This document shows positions 35,501-50,027 of a DNA stretch of 64,000 nucleotides, in pieces. Positions within the stretch are counted from its first letter, which is position 1; the number at the start of each line of letters is the position of its first letter. The notes beneath the pieces were generated by a model. That model was not told the DNA's origin. It worked only from the letters and a program-made list of their open reading frames with translations, and did not search any database. The stretch is from Eimeria praecox (lineage: Eukaryota): assembly GCA_963920595.1 (NCBI GenBank), contig OY986946.1, forward strand, positions 1,364,001-1,428,000. The letters are read 5' to 3'. The translations under genes and the position numbers were made by a program.

Positions 35501-38371
35501 CAAATCCTGCACACCAAGGTGAACTTTAATATGCGCTGAATTGGCCCGAGGGGAGTCTGACCGTAGGGCAATCACATTGTTCGGCACCCTTGTCTCAGCA
35601 CATAACTTGGGGGCCACGGCGTGCCCCTGATTGCATTGCTTGTTACCCCCCGTTGATTCTTAAAGCCTTGCACTTCCAGCTCCTTAGCACCTTGCACGCG
35701 TGCCAGACATGGGATTATGCAGCCTTGTTTGTTGCAAAATAAGCATGTGAGCAGCTTGCTGAGTGCCGCCTTTACTGGCTGTTGGTGACTGGCGCTTGCT
35801 GTGTTTTCCTGGGCATGGCTGGTATGCCAAGTCGCATTACCCATAGCTTCTATATCTAGATCACTCGTAAAAACGCTTTCTTCCTTCCCAGTTACGGAGG
35901 TGGAAGTAGCTTTTGTTTCTCTCGTTGGCGTGTGAAAACTTCATGGTATGGGCTCCATCCCCCTCTTCTTTGTTTCCTCTTCGCGTCCCAGCTGGCTACC
36001 GATTGCCTCTCTTGGAGGGACGACCCTGCGATGAACCATCTATATAGGTGTTCCGACTCCACTGTTGGACGTCTGCTCACCAGGCACTGATACTTATTGA
36101 CACAATACTTTATACGTAGCTTTCCCTCTGTAAGCTTCCTCTGTTCTGTCACATCATGTTCCCTTGCTGACCTGGGAATAAGCCTGCATCATCGTTCATG
36201 AGGGGGAGCCTCTATATTCAGGATTTCCTGAGTGCATTCAGTACTCTTGCTTTGATATAGCCGCCTGGTAAGGAAGATACCAATATCAACGTGTGTTCTT
36301 CCGAAGCATCGTGAGGAGAGTGCAACTACAGTGAAGCCAGGAACTGCTCCACTCTCCCACCATTGCTGTCCGCCATATATAGACAGTCTGTAAAGGCAGA
36401 GGCTTTATTCGCTAATCTTATTTGCTGTAAAGACATTTCCAGCTAGATGGAGAGCAGAAACTGCACTTGCAACAATGCAACGAGGCGCACAGAGGTTAGT
36501 TGCCTCCCCATCGAAGGGCATATCCTGATCGACCTCCATTATGCGAGAGCTGAAGTTTCGATAAAGAAAGGACTTCCGGTCTTTTGCGCAGAGAATCCCT
36601 TACTGATCAGCGGTATACTCTAGCCAGCTTTGCTGCGGTTGTGGGCTTCGTTTCTCTCCTTTGCTTCCGATGAAGCATCCGGTGCTCCCTGTGTGTAAGG
36701 ACCTTTTCCTACGACAGACCTGAGTTGTAACATTACTTAAAGTGCCTTAGAAAATGTCCCTCCAAGGCATCTAACCTTCCCTTCATGTCCTAGGCGTTGT
36801 GAGCATAGCAGCCCAATTGTTAAGGCCTTGGGGCTGAGACAAAGGGGGCTGCGTTCAACGAGATGCAGCGCCTCTTGTTGCATGAGCTTGGTCTGTACGA
36901 CGTTGGCACTACTACCTCCACTTACTCCCAGGCTGATTATAGAGGGCCAAGCAAGTGTTTAGCGACTATCTACATTACAGTCGACAACATTAGGCATCGC
37001 AGCAAAAGGGTTGATTGTGCACAGATGCTGGTTTCCTTGCCATTAGATGCAGCAAGGTGCGTTGAAGCCCACCGCAGGCAATCTAATATCCCCACCACCT
37101 TTGAACCGGTCTGCTCAGGACGGCAGGAGGATATAGGGGGGATCAACTGCTTTTTGCGAGCTTTTTCGTCAAGACTTTGGCTCTATTGCAGGTGATGACG
37201 GTCCTCAGCTGACATCGATGGCGCTTGCTCGACTGCAGCTATTGCTGTAAGCCAGTCGAACGTGCACGCACAACGAATCCCCGTGCGCTGCATGCACTAA
37301 CACTGTACAGTTTTGTATCCTTCGATCTTAGCCGAGGAAAGTCATGAGCCCCAACAGCCTAAAAAGGTTTAAAGAAAAGATCCGCAAGAAGAGGCGGGCC
37401 TCGCCTCCAGCTTCTAAGAGCCCTGGGCAGTACTGTCTAAGGATATGGACGGGGGGGGCACGGATGGGCTTGTTACGGGCTGCAACTCAACTTCATGAGG
37501 CTAATGATGCAAGGCAGCACTACGAAAGTGCTGCAAGGCAGCCTTTCATGTACACGCAATAACTGGCCTTCTGCTGCATGCACTAGGACTGTCGCGCGTA
37601 GTATATACCGTCTGTAAACACTTCCTAAATCCTCCATAGTGGCCCTGCGAGCATGCAGTAATGGTACGAGTATCATCAAGCAGAGCATGCCACTCATGTA
37701 CCCACAGCAGTGCGGACGTTCGCAGGAATAGGCTGTCTGAAATACCGAACGTTATCAATGCATGCGCTTATAGTTTAATGGTTGGGCTTGTTAGAAAGTA
37801 AGCGGTGGGTTTTAGCTGTGTCCTTCATTGCTCCACTGGGGACTGCACTCTCCCTACTCGTCGAGCTCAGGGCATCGCTCTGCTAACGTTACGAGTGGCG
37901 GCAGTATTTCATGCAGTATATAGCAGCGCATAGAGCTTACAAAGACTGTAGTTGGTATAAACTTAAAATACCGCTACAGGTGAAGGGGAGGAAATGCGAG
38001 GATGCTGCAAAGTGCAGTTGGGAAGGCTGGCGAACCACGAAGGGAGCCGCGTGGGGGAAGCCGTTTAGGGCCTGCGTGACCTTTGTGGGAAGCAAGACCT
38101 ACGAATTTACGTAGGACAAGGAAATTGGAGTTTATCTGTTTGATTCTGCTTGAATTTCCCTCAGTTAAATGCTCCCTCAGGACAAAGCCTGCTGCATATC
38201 TTCACGTGGTCCAGCGGCATACCTCATCCGTGGCTCTGTGGCGTGAGGCTCCGTATGTGCAAGCAGTTTCTGTTTTGGAAAGTAATATTGCAGATTTAAT
38301 CAGATCTGGTCCCCCTGGGGTACCTATAACGTCTGATCAGCCCTACCAGGGCCTCGATTTGGGGGTTCAGG

Positions 38372-39473
38372 ATGCGGCGGCTATGGATCGCCGTCCTGCC
38401 GGCTACTGCAATCCTGCTACTGACGGCTCCGTGTGCATTTACTTGTAAGTATCAGCATATCACGAGTTTCCGCATGCCCTCAAATGCCCTTGCAAGTTAC
38501 TTCGAGAAGGCAGTTCCCACAAAGTTCGGCGATGCGGCAGCCCATCAAAGCACAGTTAGACATTACACAATGTAGTATGCTAGCGGTACCAGTTTGAACC
38601 GTTAAATTGGAATAGTGGATGCACCTGTCGAATTGACACGGGTTTCCAAACTGCATTGCGGAAAGTTCGTTGCTCATGGCTCATCGCATGCTGCTGAGTG
38701 CGCGGTGATGAGGAGTGGGCGTGCCTAGTGTGAATATATGGGCTAGTGCTGAATTTGACGTTTTGAATTTGTTGCACATTAGTATGAAGAGCTGTCGGGT
38801 TGCCTTGTGGATATCTGTGAGGAGCGTACGAAACCTCCTGTGATGCATGTTTGCAGCGGGGGCTGAAGAGGGACGTGAGCATGGCAAGGGGCCTGCTAAA
38901 GGAGGCCCTGAAAGGCTTCCGAATTCTCTCAGGGCAACGCCAGATAAAGCGAAACCTTCCCAAGAAAAACAGCTAGGGGAAAACAGCGACCCATGGGGAT
39001 TCATGGGGCCCTTGTTGCCCGCAGTGCGGGCCATCGGCGACATATTCAAGCCGATCATCAGCGGGAGCAGCCTCGAACAAGACCTCGAAGATATCATGGC
39101 GGCGTTGAACGAGACGTCACACAACCCTTTTTTCCTCTTTGGCCTCGATGATACTCCTCCCAAGACCGCCCCTCCGGCCGCAACTCACTCGAAGCGCCAC
39201 AGCGTTGTGCCACAGCGGCAACAGTTGAATGCTAGCAAAGGCCAGCATACGAGTTCGCATACTTCACAACCGAAGAAGAAAGGTTCATCTATAGGGCCTT
39301 TACGCGGCCTGTTCGGGCAGGATCAGGGCGCCTCAGCAACGCCCTCAGGGCCAGCGGAAGGCGTCCCACCCCGCAGAACGCCTGAGAGGGAACATCACGC
39401 AGGGCAGAGTGACGAGGAAGAAGAAGAATCCTTATGGCGGCAGTGGAACAACGAGGATCTCGAACTGTTGTAA
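38372..39473 (+). CDS. Putative secreted protein, 229 aa (exons 38372-38444, 38857-39473)
   Basis: Signal-like MRRLWIAVLPATAILLLTAPCAFT; GTAAGT donor and TTGCAG acceptor in phase; low-complexity body with an amphipathic-looking segment PLLPAVRAIGDIFKPII. Confidence 0.75.
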
Positions 39474-40381
39474 AACCTGGGGATAGGAGTTTCTTTTGTT
39501 GGGCACCAAGAAAGAGGCGTGCAGCGTTGATACTGCATTGTATTTCGCACTACGGAGAAGCTGGGAGTGACGGCCTCACGCTTCATGAATGCAAGTGCGA
39601 TGGGAGGCGATGGTAGGCCCCACTTGTTGCCACGCTGGAGGAACAGGCAAAGGGGGGCTAACTCGAATGGCTTGCCATTTCGCTGGTATTGAGGTGAAGT
39701 TTCCCGTTATGCCCGCGTAGCGAACAGCACAATAAAGGCACCGAAGGGCCTTTCGATCTGTGCGTAGGCGGGGGCTGCCGGAGCGGCCACAAAATGCCGC
39801 ATCTGGAGATGGCACTCCAGAGGAGCTACTGTGGCTTCCGACAGAGCTTTCAGGAGCTCGCGGCCCAAAGGTGCAAACGTGTTGTGTGTTCATACAAGAG
39901 TGTGAACAGGAGGAGCACTGACGTAGAACATAGTGGTATCGAATTTGCAGGCACCCAGCGAGTACGGCCGTCCTCGCAATTGCGACCATTGGGCCTACAC
40001 ACGCACGCCTCTGCCTGTCTAACGGGCGGGTTTCTTGGTGACTTGGACAGCAAAAAAGACCCGGCGATGCGTTTCTTGCACTTGGTGAAGAGTCAAGCAA
40101 ATAGTCAGTGGGGTGTCTGACGGGGTTATGCGATAGCACTAAGTCGCTGTCTAGGGTTTGCTCCCTAGTCAGAAGAGGCTTCAGCCAGGGAGAAGGCAGG
40201 CGCACGCGTGTAGGTGCCTGAAACCTGTGGAGGAGGCGCTGCACAACCAGTTGTAATGCAGCTGTTTCTTTCTAGGCAGCATCTCATTATATAGCCTGTC
40301 TATGAGACGGCTGGCGAACAGGGCCTAGCACAGAAACGGTTCCCGTGGCAGGCGGCCTCGGTGAACAATTTGCAGTTTGCT

Positions 40382-41917
40382 TCACCTACGCTTGCTGCGC
40401 TTTCTTTGAGGTTTTCGGGACTTATGCCTTTTCTTCTGATGTTTTTGTCCGCCCCCCCTCACGCCTCTTGGCCTCCCCTGAGGCCGTTTTTTGATCGCTG
40501 TGGGCACTTGCGTCGTAGCTGATGTGGGATTCTTCTGTAGTTGTTTTTCTTTGGAGCTAACAGAAGCCTCAGACTGCGTCTGCAAAGGCTTTTGAGCCCT
40601 CTCCGCCGGTGCTGCTGTTGCTGCTGTCGCGGGTTCTATGAATCCCCCAAGGGAAACTGACACACAAGAGGCAATTTGCCATGGAGAAGACGAAGCGTCG
40701 TTGGCTGACGGGGGCAGCAAACGGATGCCCTGCAGCAGCCACCCAAAAGAAAGCCCGAAGTGCTGAACCATATTACCGCATTGGCCGTCACTTGCAAACC
40801 TTCCCTTGCTGTCATCTGCCGGCCCTGAGCAAGTGGCCCTCATCAGCCACCTATTCCTCAAAAGGCCTCTAAGGAAGAGCACATGGCAGCATACAAGCTG
40901 CGTATAAGGAAAGCAGCATCATCTGAAACGAGAGTTTCGAGAGCGAAACTAACCCTCACCTGCACGACTTCACTCGTCTGGGAAGGCCGGGACCCCGAAG
41001 CTCTCCTGCCCGCCTCAGCCGCGTCACCTGCAATTTCTCAAACAGCAAATATACATCATAGGCGGATACTTGGTCGCGGCGTCTCACGATATGCCACCCT
41101 TGAACTGCACCGCCCTGCAGATGGCGGCCACAGGCACTTGAGCGAGAAAAGCAGAAAAGCTAGGTGTTGAGTGCTTGAATCAGGAACTCAACACCTAGCT
41201 TTTCTGCTTTTCTACTGTATGTACACTACACATAAACGCTTTTTCTGGCCTACAAACACATTCGGAGCCTGCGATACACACCTTCGTGCTTCTTTGCGTT
41301 GGTGCTGGCACCTTTGTCCAGGGAATCAAGACCGACGACTTTCTGTTGTTTGCCCCCGAGAGAAGTGGCAGTTTCCGCTGCTGCCTGAGCTAGCTGTCGG
41401 CAGCGTTTTACGTAGTTGATGTGCTCTCTAATTCTCTCTCGGCGCTGCAGGGGAAAGGGGCCGCATATGCATGCATATGTAGGACTGTTGGATGCATGCC
41501 CTGACGGAGAGGCTGTGCCTTGCTGATGCTGTGGTGCTGTCACGGATTACCCTAATTTACGGCCCACGAAAGCAAAGCTGTTGGATGCTACGTGGGACTG
41601 TACCTGTGCTCGTAGAAGCCGCCTCTCCTGTCTTTGCTTCTCCAAGAGTTTTTCCTGGGCCTCTCTCCTGCGCTGCTCCTTGCGTTTCGAGGCTCCTGTG
41701 ATGAAATCTCTGGAGCTCACAATAAACAGAGTAACTTCAAGTTGAATAAGCAAAGCTAACAATGCCAGGTACTTGCCATATCATGCAGAGGTGTACAGAT
41801 ACGTCTGCCGGTGACAGAAAGACGCAGATGAAAAAGGCAGGGCACTCACCGCCTCGCCGCGAAGTCAAATACTGCAACAGAGCCAGGATCGGATTTCTTT
41901 GGAGTTTTCTTCTTCAT
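40382..41917 (-). CDS. NOL12: Nucleolar protein 12 / RRP17 (Nop25) family, multi-exon
   Basis: Spliced VFDFAARRDFITGASKRKEQRRREAQEKLLEKQRQERRLLRAQRRE matches the family N-terminal motif (FD...R..YLTGFHKRK..R); basic C-terminal tail. Confidence 0.82.
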
Positions 41918-42449
41918 TCTGTCGCGCCACCGTCAGCTGAAAAAATGATTTCGATTCAGAATTCGTATTCATTGACACATTCGCACAGGGATTCACGAAG
42001 TACTCATGAGCTCCCGCACACAATATGCTGATAAAGAGTAGGAGGTCAACACATGCAGAAAGAAAGCAATGTAGAAATTGAATGATTTCTTCAATTTATA
42101 CTTAGGGAGGATAAACATGAAGCTAGTGAGAACAAGGCATCGAAACCAGATGCGGTTGGGGCTGCAGCATGCGTCGAGTGGCAACATGTCATAGGCCAAT
42201 AGATTTATCTAGAAAGCTATGATTCCTCTTGATGTATAACTTGTCTTCCTGTCAATATATTATATCAGCCTTTGTACTTACTTCATTTTCTCTGCCTGGA
42301 GCGAGTGAAGACTACATGTGCCACACTGTGGACCTTGCTCTCCTACTCCAGTAGATTGCACACCCGGGCCTTTGTTGAAGCTGCGCTTTAGTGTTATTTA
42401 AGTTGCTATCAGTTAGAAGTTATGGTGAGTTAGTGGGCGTTTACCTCCA

Positions 42450-44400
42450 TACATTCCGTGTTTCATGCATCCCGTGTTACGGGTTGGGGGACATGCAGTA
42501 AACAATGCTCTCGGCTGTGCCTACCTACTGGCCCTGTGTATACTATATTTAGGTGCACACTACCCTTAGCGTATAACCCATCATATAACCTTAGACTGTC
42601 AGAAAAATGGCCGTACATCCTTGTCCTTGTCCAATCCTCCTAAAGGAGGAAGAGTAATCATGATCCCCATGCTGGACCCTTGCGGTTCAACGCCTTCACT
42701 ATAATACCAGCATCACAGCCAGCTTCAGACCCTGTGTAGGTTCAGAGCACTATTGGCATGACAGTCTTAGCTCCTGTCTAGTGCGGTTTGATTTCTTTCT
42801 AATAATAATGCTACACCTACGACGTGTTCTGCAACTGTCACACCTGTCACGAGGATGATTGGTTCGTAGAAGCACGAAAGTATTCGTTTATCATGCAAGC
42901 TATTAGATTTTAAGGCTTTGGTGCCCCTGCAACAGGAGCCCAATCAAAGAGGAAGAAGGTTGGGGCAACCAGGAAGTGGCCGCTATCATATCTACTACAC
43001 TTGCTTGAGCGTACAGAAGTTCCTACGTCTCGCATCCTGCTGCAACGAATTCACTGTGCAGCTAGCTCGTGCCGGCTTCGCACTGACGAATTTACTCAAT
43101 TGTTTGATAGAGAGGGAAGAAGAAGCCACCAGATGTTGCTTCAGATACCTGAGGTATTCTTCAATACTGACGCTCCCCGATTTTTGACGAGCATCTTAGC
43201 AGCCGATTCCAGCGATACAAAGACTGCGGTGGTGCTCTCTGAGAACGCCAACGTGTCAAGAAAGCACGAACTAGCTGTCTCCTACTCACACCGATCCACG
43301 TTAAAAGAGGCAGAAGTATCGGGCAAGTGTGGCGGGGCTCTACGGGGTACTTTGGGGGGTAAGTAATTGCTGGCATTACTTATAAGCCAGGCATTTCACA
43401 ATTCAAACCAATCATTAACCCCTGATGCACCTAGTAAACAGTTTTCATAAGTGGGACAATGCTAAATGTTGCTTGGTGGCTTCGGCGCTTTTAGTGTATT
43501 CAAACGTATTCAAAGTATTCATGGGAACGAGCAGCCAAAGACGTTTGGCGTCCGTTAGGGAAGGCTCTTTTCTATTAATTCGAGAGTTAAGTACTGGCTT
43601 ATTGTATTGACCTACCCCAAATGCACAGGCGTCCCCATACCATTTACCCTATCTTTCTGAAACAGTTTAGGAAATCACCAATATTTTCTGAATCCTCCAC
43701 ACAAATAGCAGCCAAGGAGGGTGAGATCCGGTACATCGGCTTAAAGGCCCACAAAGCTCGAAGAAATAAATTAAATCAAGAACCTAGGAAATCGAACACT
43801 CTAGTGGCGCTTTGACAATCGCCTCGGCGAATCTCAGGAATATATTTATACAGACCCTCCTTGACTCAGCAGCGAAGACTGCACGCGGCGCTGAGCGCAG
43901 CTTGAATGCTTGAATTTTGTCTCCATACAACATTTTATTGCTTCTCTCTGTCACACGTGTTGAAGGAACTATACTTTTGTTTCTCCATGCTCTATGGCTC
44001 TATATATTTCCCCTCGGTAACCTGCATCACCATCTAATATGGCTAGGGTTGCGCTTCGAAACCATAACAGCTGTACTTCTCTATACATTGACGGTGGACC
44101 CTTTCTAGGACTGAGCAGAATCCTGCCTGGCACGTAGTAAACAGCGGCTCCCAGCCCAGGGATTTTGCGGAGAGAGGCTCACATACACAGAGGCCTTCTA
44201 ACTGCACTACTCGCCAGCATCGAGATGCGTACTGGCAACAGCAGGAGCTAATACACTTGCAACATGTGCAATGACGGTCGCTCGTTTTCTTATTTTTCTT
44301 TCCCACTGTCCCAAATATTCAAGAGAGAATAGCAACTAAACTTCGCAAAGGATGTAAGTGAGAATATCTGAAGATACTTCTTCTCCCCCTTATAAATGTC
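42450..44400 (+). mobile_element. Degenerate Ty3/gypsy pol remnant (RT, RNase H, start of integrase)
   Basis: LHLRRVLQL; VQKFLRLASCCNEFTVQLARAGFALTNLL; ILTLPDF; HYL*ARHFTIQTNH*PLMHL. Similar at DNA level to the element at 34.1-34.2 kb. Boundaries approximate. Confidence 0.8.
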
Positions 44401-45408
44401 TTGAATGTTCAGCGCCGTACACCAAGCCGTCAAGCTGTGGTGATGGGTTTCCTTGTCAATCCCTACCCTCCTAACCGTACAGTACAGTACAAGGTGCAGC
44501 ATACGCCGATGATCTTGACCACGGTCCTTCCGAGCTGCCTCTGTTCATTCGGTTAACCTAGTCATTCTAAATGAAATCCCCTAAGTTCCAGCGGACTCGG
44601 CGAGACGTTCCGTTCCTTGCACTGCCCACCATCCCTACATTCAAGGTTCAAGGGGCTGCGCACGGCGAGTTCGTGTAGGGTACGTCCCCCCTCACCTCAG
44701 GTTACTACTGTCCTCGCTGTACGAAGGACTGGCTGCAACGCGAGAGCTCCCAACACTACAGCACTACACACAGGGTCGCCTTTGACTCCAGGGCGTGTAG
44801 CAGCAGTAAACAGCAATATCTAACTAATCTAATGAAGTGCGATCGTGCATATACCCGCCATTATTCTCGGGTTTGCGGAAAGGAAAAGCGGCATCTTCGC
44901 CTGCTTTTGGCCGAGACCCCAAAATGTGTGTACCCCCGCTCGGCCGCCGTTAATACGGCACTTCAGCTCTTTCTAAAAAAGAGAGCTGGCAAGCAGAGAT
45001 GCAAACGGTCTCACCCTTCGCAGTGGGCAGAACGCCCTCGCGCAGGCCTTATCCTGCGCCGGCACATGCGCTCCCCCCTAGGCCTCCCTCAGAGTGTTGT
45101 TCTTGCTGCATTGGGCTTGAGACACAGCAACACAGCCCTAAGTACTTCACGCAATCGTGTGAGGCCCTTGAAAGACCGCGCCTCCAGGCAGCAGCAAGAG
45201 TGGGGGCACGCAGTTGTTAGTTCACATTAACGGCGAGCTGAGCCGCTGCGTGTTCGCTTCACACAAACACATCTCGAGATCGTGTTTGAAGTATGACGGG
45301 GTATGCGAGAAGATATGCCGTTCAACAAACGGTGGGGGCCTGCAAATGCAAGCACTCTTCTGTCCTATCCTGCTGCAAGCCTCTGCAAGCCTCTGCAGAA
45401 GAAATAGA

Positions 45409-46336
45409 TCAACTCAACCCCACCCCACTGCCACCGGGCGCCGTGGATCGCGCATCTCCTGCAGCAGCTTCCTGCTCTTGCTTCTGCTGCTGCTCATGTC
45501 TGCGCATGCGGTAGGCGCGGTACATTTCTGCGGACACACACAGAATGATGCCATAACGATAATGCTCTGTCTGCCCATAGAAACTGCCAGCTGCCAGGTC
45601 CCCAAGACAGTCCTGAAGCTATCGTAAAGCATGTTGAACCAGCAGCTCAACTGTTGCTGCAGCTGCAGCGTCAGGATCAGCTGCTGCTGTTGCTGCTGCA
45701 GCTGCTGCTGCTACTGCTGCAGTCAAATATGTTGCTGCAACGCGGAATCGACTCACGTTTAACGTGGGCTATGCAGCCCTTCGCTGAGCCGTCATCCGGG
45801 AACCTCAAGACCATCAGCGGCTGTGACTGAGGCAGACAGACAAACACAAACGAGCCACCCCACGAATTACGCAGCACCCCCAGCAACGCAGCTACATCGT
45901 CCCCCCCTCCTCCCCAGAGCAAACAAGCGACAGGCTACTGTAGCTGCACGACATACATCACAAGGCGAGGATGCATGCATGCAACGCTAGCTACGTTGGC
46001 CTCCACCGTAACTCGCCACACAGGGTGAACACACTCTGGTCACTTCTCGCCCCTCTACATATACGACTAATTCTAAAACCCTAAGCTACAAGCCCAAGCG
46101 TTGAGGCCTCGAGCAGCAGAGGACCGGCCTTCTTCCCCTACACCCTAAACCCTACCGTCCTCATGACTTCTTATATATACATCAAACCCGAACAGCTCTA
46201 CATGCCCCTTGGATAGATATTCACCTTTGTCGCATTGAAGTAAAAACATAAAAGCCTTGCATCGTTCTTCCTGCTCGTTATTTTATGCGTCTCCGCCAGC
46301 TCCATTGAAGAATACACGTCGACGGAGTCATCCAGC

Positions 46337-46371
<35 letters not shown>

Positions 46372-47971
46372 GTGCTGGTGCTGCGGCTGCTGCGGATTCT
46401 GCTGTTCATGCTGGTGCTGCTGGGGCTGTTGTTCCTGCTGCTGCTGCTGCTGCTGGGCCTTCAGCTCCCAAGGAGGCGGGAGACCGAGAAGGTCAGCAAT
46501 GAGGCGCCACTGTGCCCCCCCTTGTAGTTCATCTACACCTCTAGGCGTATCCTCAGGACACTGTGAAAGCTCATTTATGCCTATTATTCCTTCTTCACTT
46601 TCCTGCTGCTGCTGGTTGAGCTTCCGCTGCAGCAGCAGCTGCTGCTGTTGCTGCTGCTGCAGCTGCTGCTGGTGGTGCTGCTGCAACCCCCCGCTGACAA
46701 GCACAAGACGATCAGGAGTCACTATCACTTCACAAAGTCTTCTATCTGGGGCGTTTAACAGCCAAGAAGAGAGGTGACCATAACCCTCGCCCAACGGGAT
46801 CGATACAGCTGGCGAACCGCTACAGCCAGACCCGCCTCCGCTGCTGCTGCGCTTGCTTAGCGCGCCGTGGGAGGCTACGCGAGAAACGTGTTGCTGCTGC
46901 TGCTGCTGCTGCTGCTGCATGCTGTAGTCCTGCTGACTGTCTGTGCTTCTGCGGCTCAACGGGGTTGTCGAAGAGTGCCACCGAAGCAGCAACGAAAGCG
47001 AACGAGCAGTCACCGACGCTGCTGCTGCATCCAGCGGCGACTCTGAAGCAGCATCACGAGGGGCTATGCTGGAAAGCTGCGCAAGGGACGGCAAAGAGCC
47101 TGCTAGGCCCTCGCTAGCCTCTGCGGTGCTGCCGCTGCTGCTATTGCTGCTGCTGCTGTTGTGCGATGCTGCACCACGTGCTTCACACAGAATCGGTGGC
47201 AGGGCTTCACTAGGACCGTGTTCAGCTCCACAGGCTGCTGCAGCGGCAGCAGTCTGCTGCTGCTGCAGCAGCAGATGCAACGGCGGCTGTAGCACGGCCT
47301 CTATATAACAGGGGAAGCTCCTTACATTCTCAGCCCCCAAGAAAACCTGCAAGGCCCAGCGAGGAACCCTCAGCAATACAAGGCGGTGTGTTGGCAGCGA
47401 TAGTAAAGACGCCCAGCGTTGAAAGGGCAGCTGCGGCTGTTGAGCTCCATCAGCAGCAGCAGCAGCAGCAGGACGATCTCCCGCTGCTGCTGCTGCTGCA
47501 GCAGCAGCAGCAGTAGCAGACCAACCACCCACAGGCAAAGGAGACCCACACGATAGACAGCTCTTGCTGCTCTCTCCCGCGCTAGGCCACCGCAGCTGTA
47601 GCGGCCCTGGGCTGCTGTCCTGAGGGACGTAAGCAGGGATCAAGCCGCTGCTGCGGGTGCTGCTGCTGCTTTTGCTGCTTCGTGTGCTCAAGCTGGTGCT
47701 GCTACAGAGCGTGCACAAGTTGGAGAGGAAGGGGCCTGGCGTCAACGTTGGGTCCTCATTGGCCGGTGTTGCTGCTTCTGCTGCAGTTGCTGCTGCTGCA
47801 GTTGCTGCTTCTGTTGTTGTTGTTGCTGCTGCTGCTGCTGACTTTCTACCTTTGGAAGTAGAACCTCGCGGCGACTTCGCGCTAGACAGACGCCGCCAAG
47901 CCCCTAAGATGCCCCCCAAGTTAAGGCCCTGTGCACCACTGGGTCTGGAGGTGCTGTTGCTTCTTTCCTGC

Positions 47972-48003
<32 letters not shown>

Positions 48004-48007
48004 CTGC

Positions 48008-48040
<33 letters not shown>

Positions 48041-48242
48041 ATGCGAACGACATTTATAGATGGCGAAGACCCACAGGGGGGACGACTAAACGGCGTCGTC
48101 GAGGAGGAGGAGTTGATATCAGATGCTAGAGAAGAAGAACTCCACGCTCGAGATAAAACAGATTGACGGCTGCCTCGACGCGTCGAGCGCTGCTGCTGTT
48201 GCTGCTCTTGTTGCTGCTGCTCCTGATGCTGCTGGTTAAGAC

Positions 48243-48283
<41 letters not shown>

Positions 48284-48618
48284 GCCTCAGCAGCACAGAA
48301 CGAGCACGTACTCATCGTATGATCTACAAGCTCCAAGTGCTGCTGCATCGCCAGCCAATGACAAGCAGCATATCCCCCTCGAACAAATGATACCCACCTG
48401 CACATACACACAAATAAATAAAAATAAATAAATAAAATAAAAAACATAATATATATTTTATATTTAAAATATAAATTATTAAAAAACTTATATACAACTC
48501 GAATACTACAGTACATACACTACATTTCATGCTATTATATATACTACAACTCCTACATTAGAGTATATACGCTACACTATACACACTACACTACATACAC
48601 TAAACGATATGCATACTA

Positions 48619-48684
<66 letters not shown>

Positions 48685-49051
48685 TATCTATACTATATAC
48701 ACTACACTATACAGACAAATACACAGCACCATACAACATATACAACTTATACTCAAACACGAAGTTGCATGCATTGTCCCACACAACAGCATACTCTCTA
48801 CACTACATCATATTCAACACACATACACACATCACACAAACACATGCAGACGTAGAGGCGTATACACTGTAGAACATATATCATAACAAAGAGACAAACA
48901 TACACACATACACCCGATAAGCAGCAGAAACCAGCAGTCTGTCGTCTGTTACAAAGGACTGCTGCAGGGGGTCGAAAAGCAGAAGCAGACAGCATATATA
49001 TATATATATATGTATATACATCTAATATAATATATATATTATATTATAGGC

Positions 49052-49104
<53 letters not shown>

Positions 49105-49684
49105 TACCTCACCTCAAAGCCATTTCTTCTGTTAGGAAGTGATATATGTCTGCCGCATCAGGGTCTAGACTTCCCTCCTCTGTAAGGAGACAAACATGAT
49201 GAGACGGCACCTGAAAGCGATGTAGGTTATAAGCTTTTCGATTCTCTTCTCTAGTAAACGACGTACAGCAGAAGACATCTGTCTCTCCCACTCTTTCTAT
49301 CTCATCATCGTTTCTTGCGGCCTCTACACTACAATTGCTGCCTCCTTTTTTGTTTAGTTCTATACTATCAGTAACACTGTCTCCTGCTGCAGCACTTGCT
49401 GCTTGTTGCTTGTCTATGTGATGAAGAGAGTTGCATCGACGCCCTCTCTGCATACACCCAATGTCTTCGAGCCCTCCCTTGTCCTCATGCTGTTGCTGCT
49501 GCTGTTGCTGCTGTTGCTGCTGTTGCTGCTGCTGCTTCTCCTGCCACTCCAATAGGTGCGGTGTCTGTGGTAAGCTCGTTTGCTTCGCGCTGCTATTTGC
49601 TGTTGCTGCTGCCTCTGTCTCCAACGCATCTCCCTTGTCTGCTGCAGCTAAGGGCGGCGCCACAGCTGTTAGCTGCTGCTGAGC

Positions 49685-49719
<35 letters not shown>

Positions 49720-49829
49720 AAGGCCAGTCTGCGTGTCCCTCCACCCTCTCTGACTTCTCAGTCTCACACTGTGGCAACAGTGCTACACCGTCGAGGCAGC
49801 TTCGACCAGGGGTCGTGCTCTGTGGGGCC

Positions 49830-49867
<38 letters not shown>

Positions 49868-49989
49868 TAAAGCTGCTGTGTCTGCTGCTGCTGCACTATC
49901 AGAGCACTGGTTACGGAGCCACCACAGAGGACTCCCATCTCCACGAGGAATGGGCTCCGACATGCAGCGGCGATGAGGGTGTCGTGCTC

Positions 49990-50027
<38 letters not shown>

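Noticed and set aside
39576..40244. 222-aa minus-strand ORF as an independent gene
   Set aside because: Non-ATG start, no domain, lies between convergent 3' ends; probably UTR or chance.
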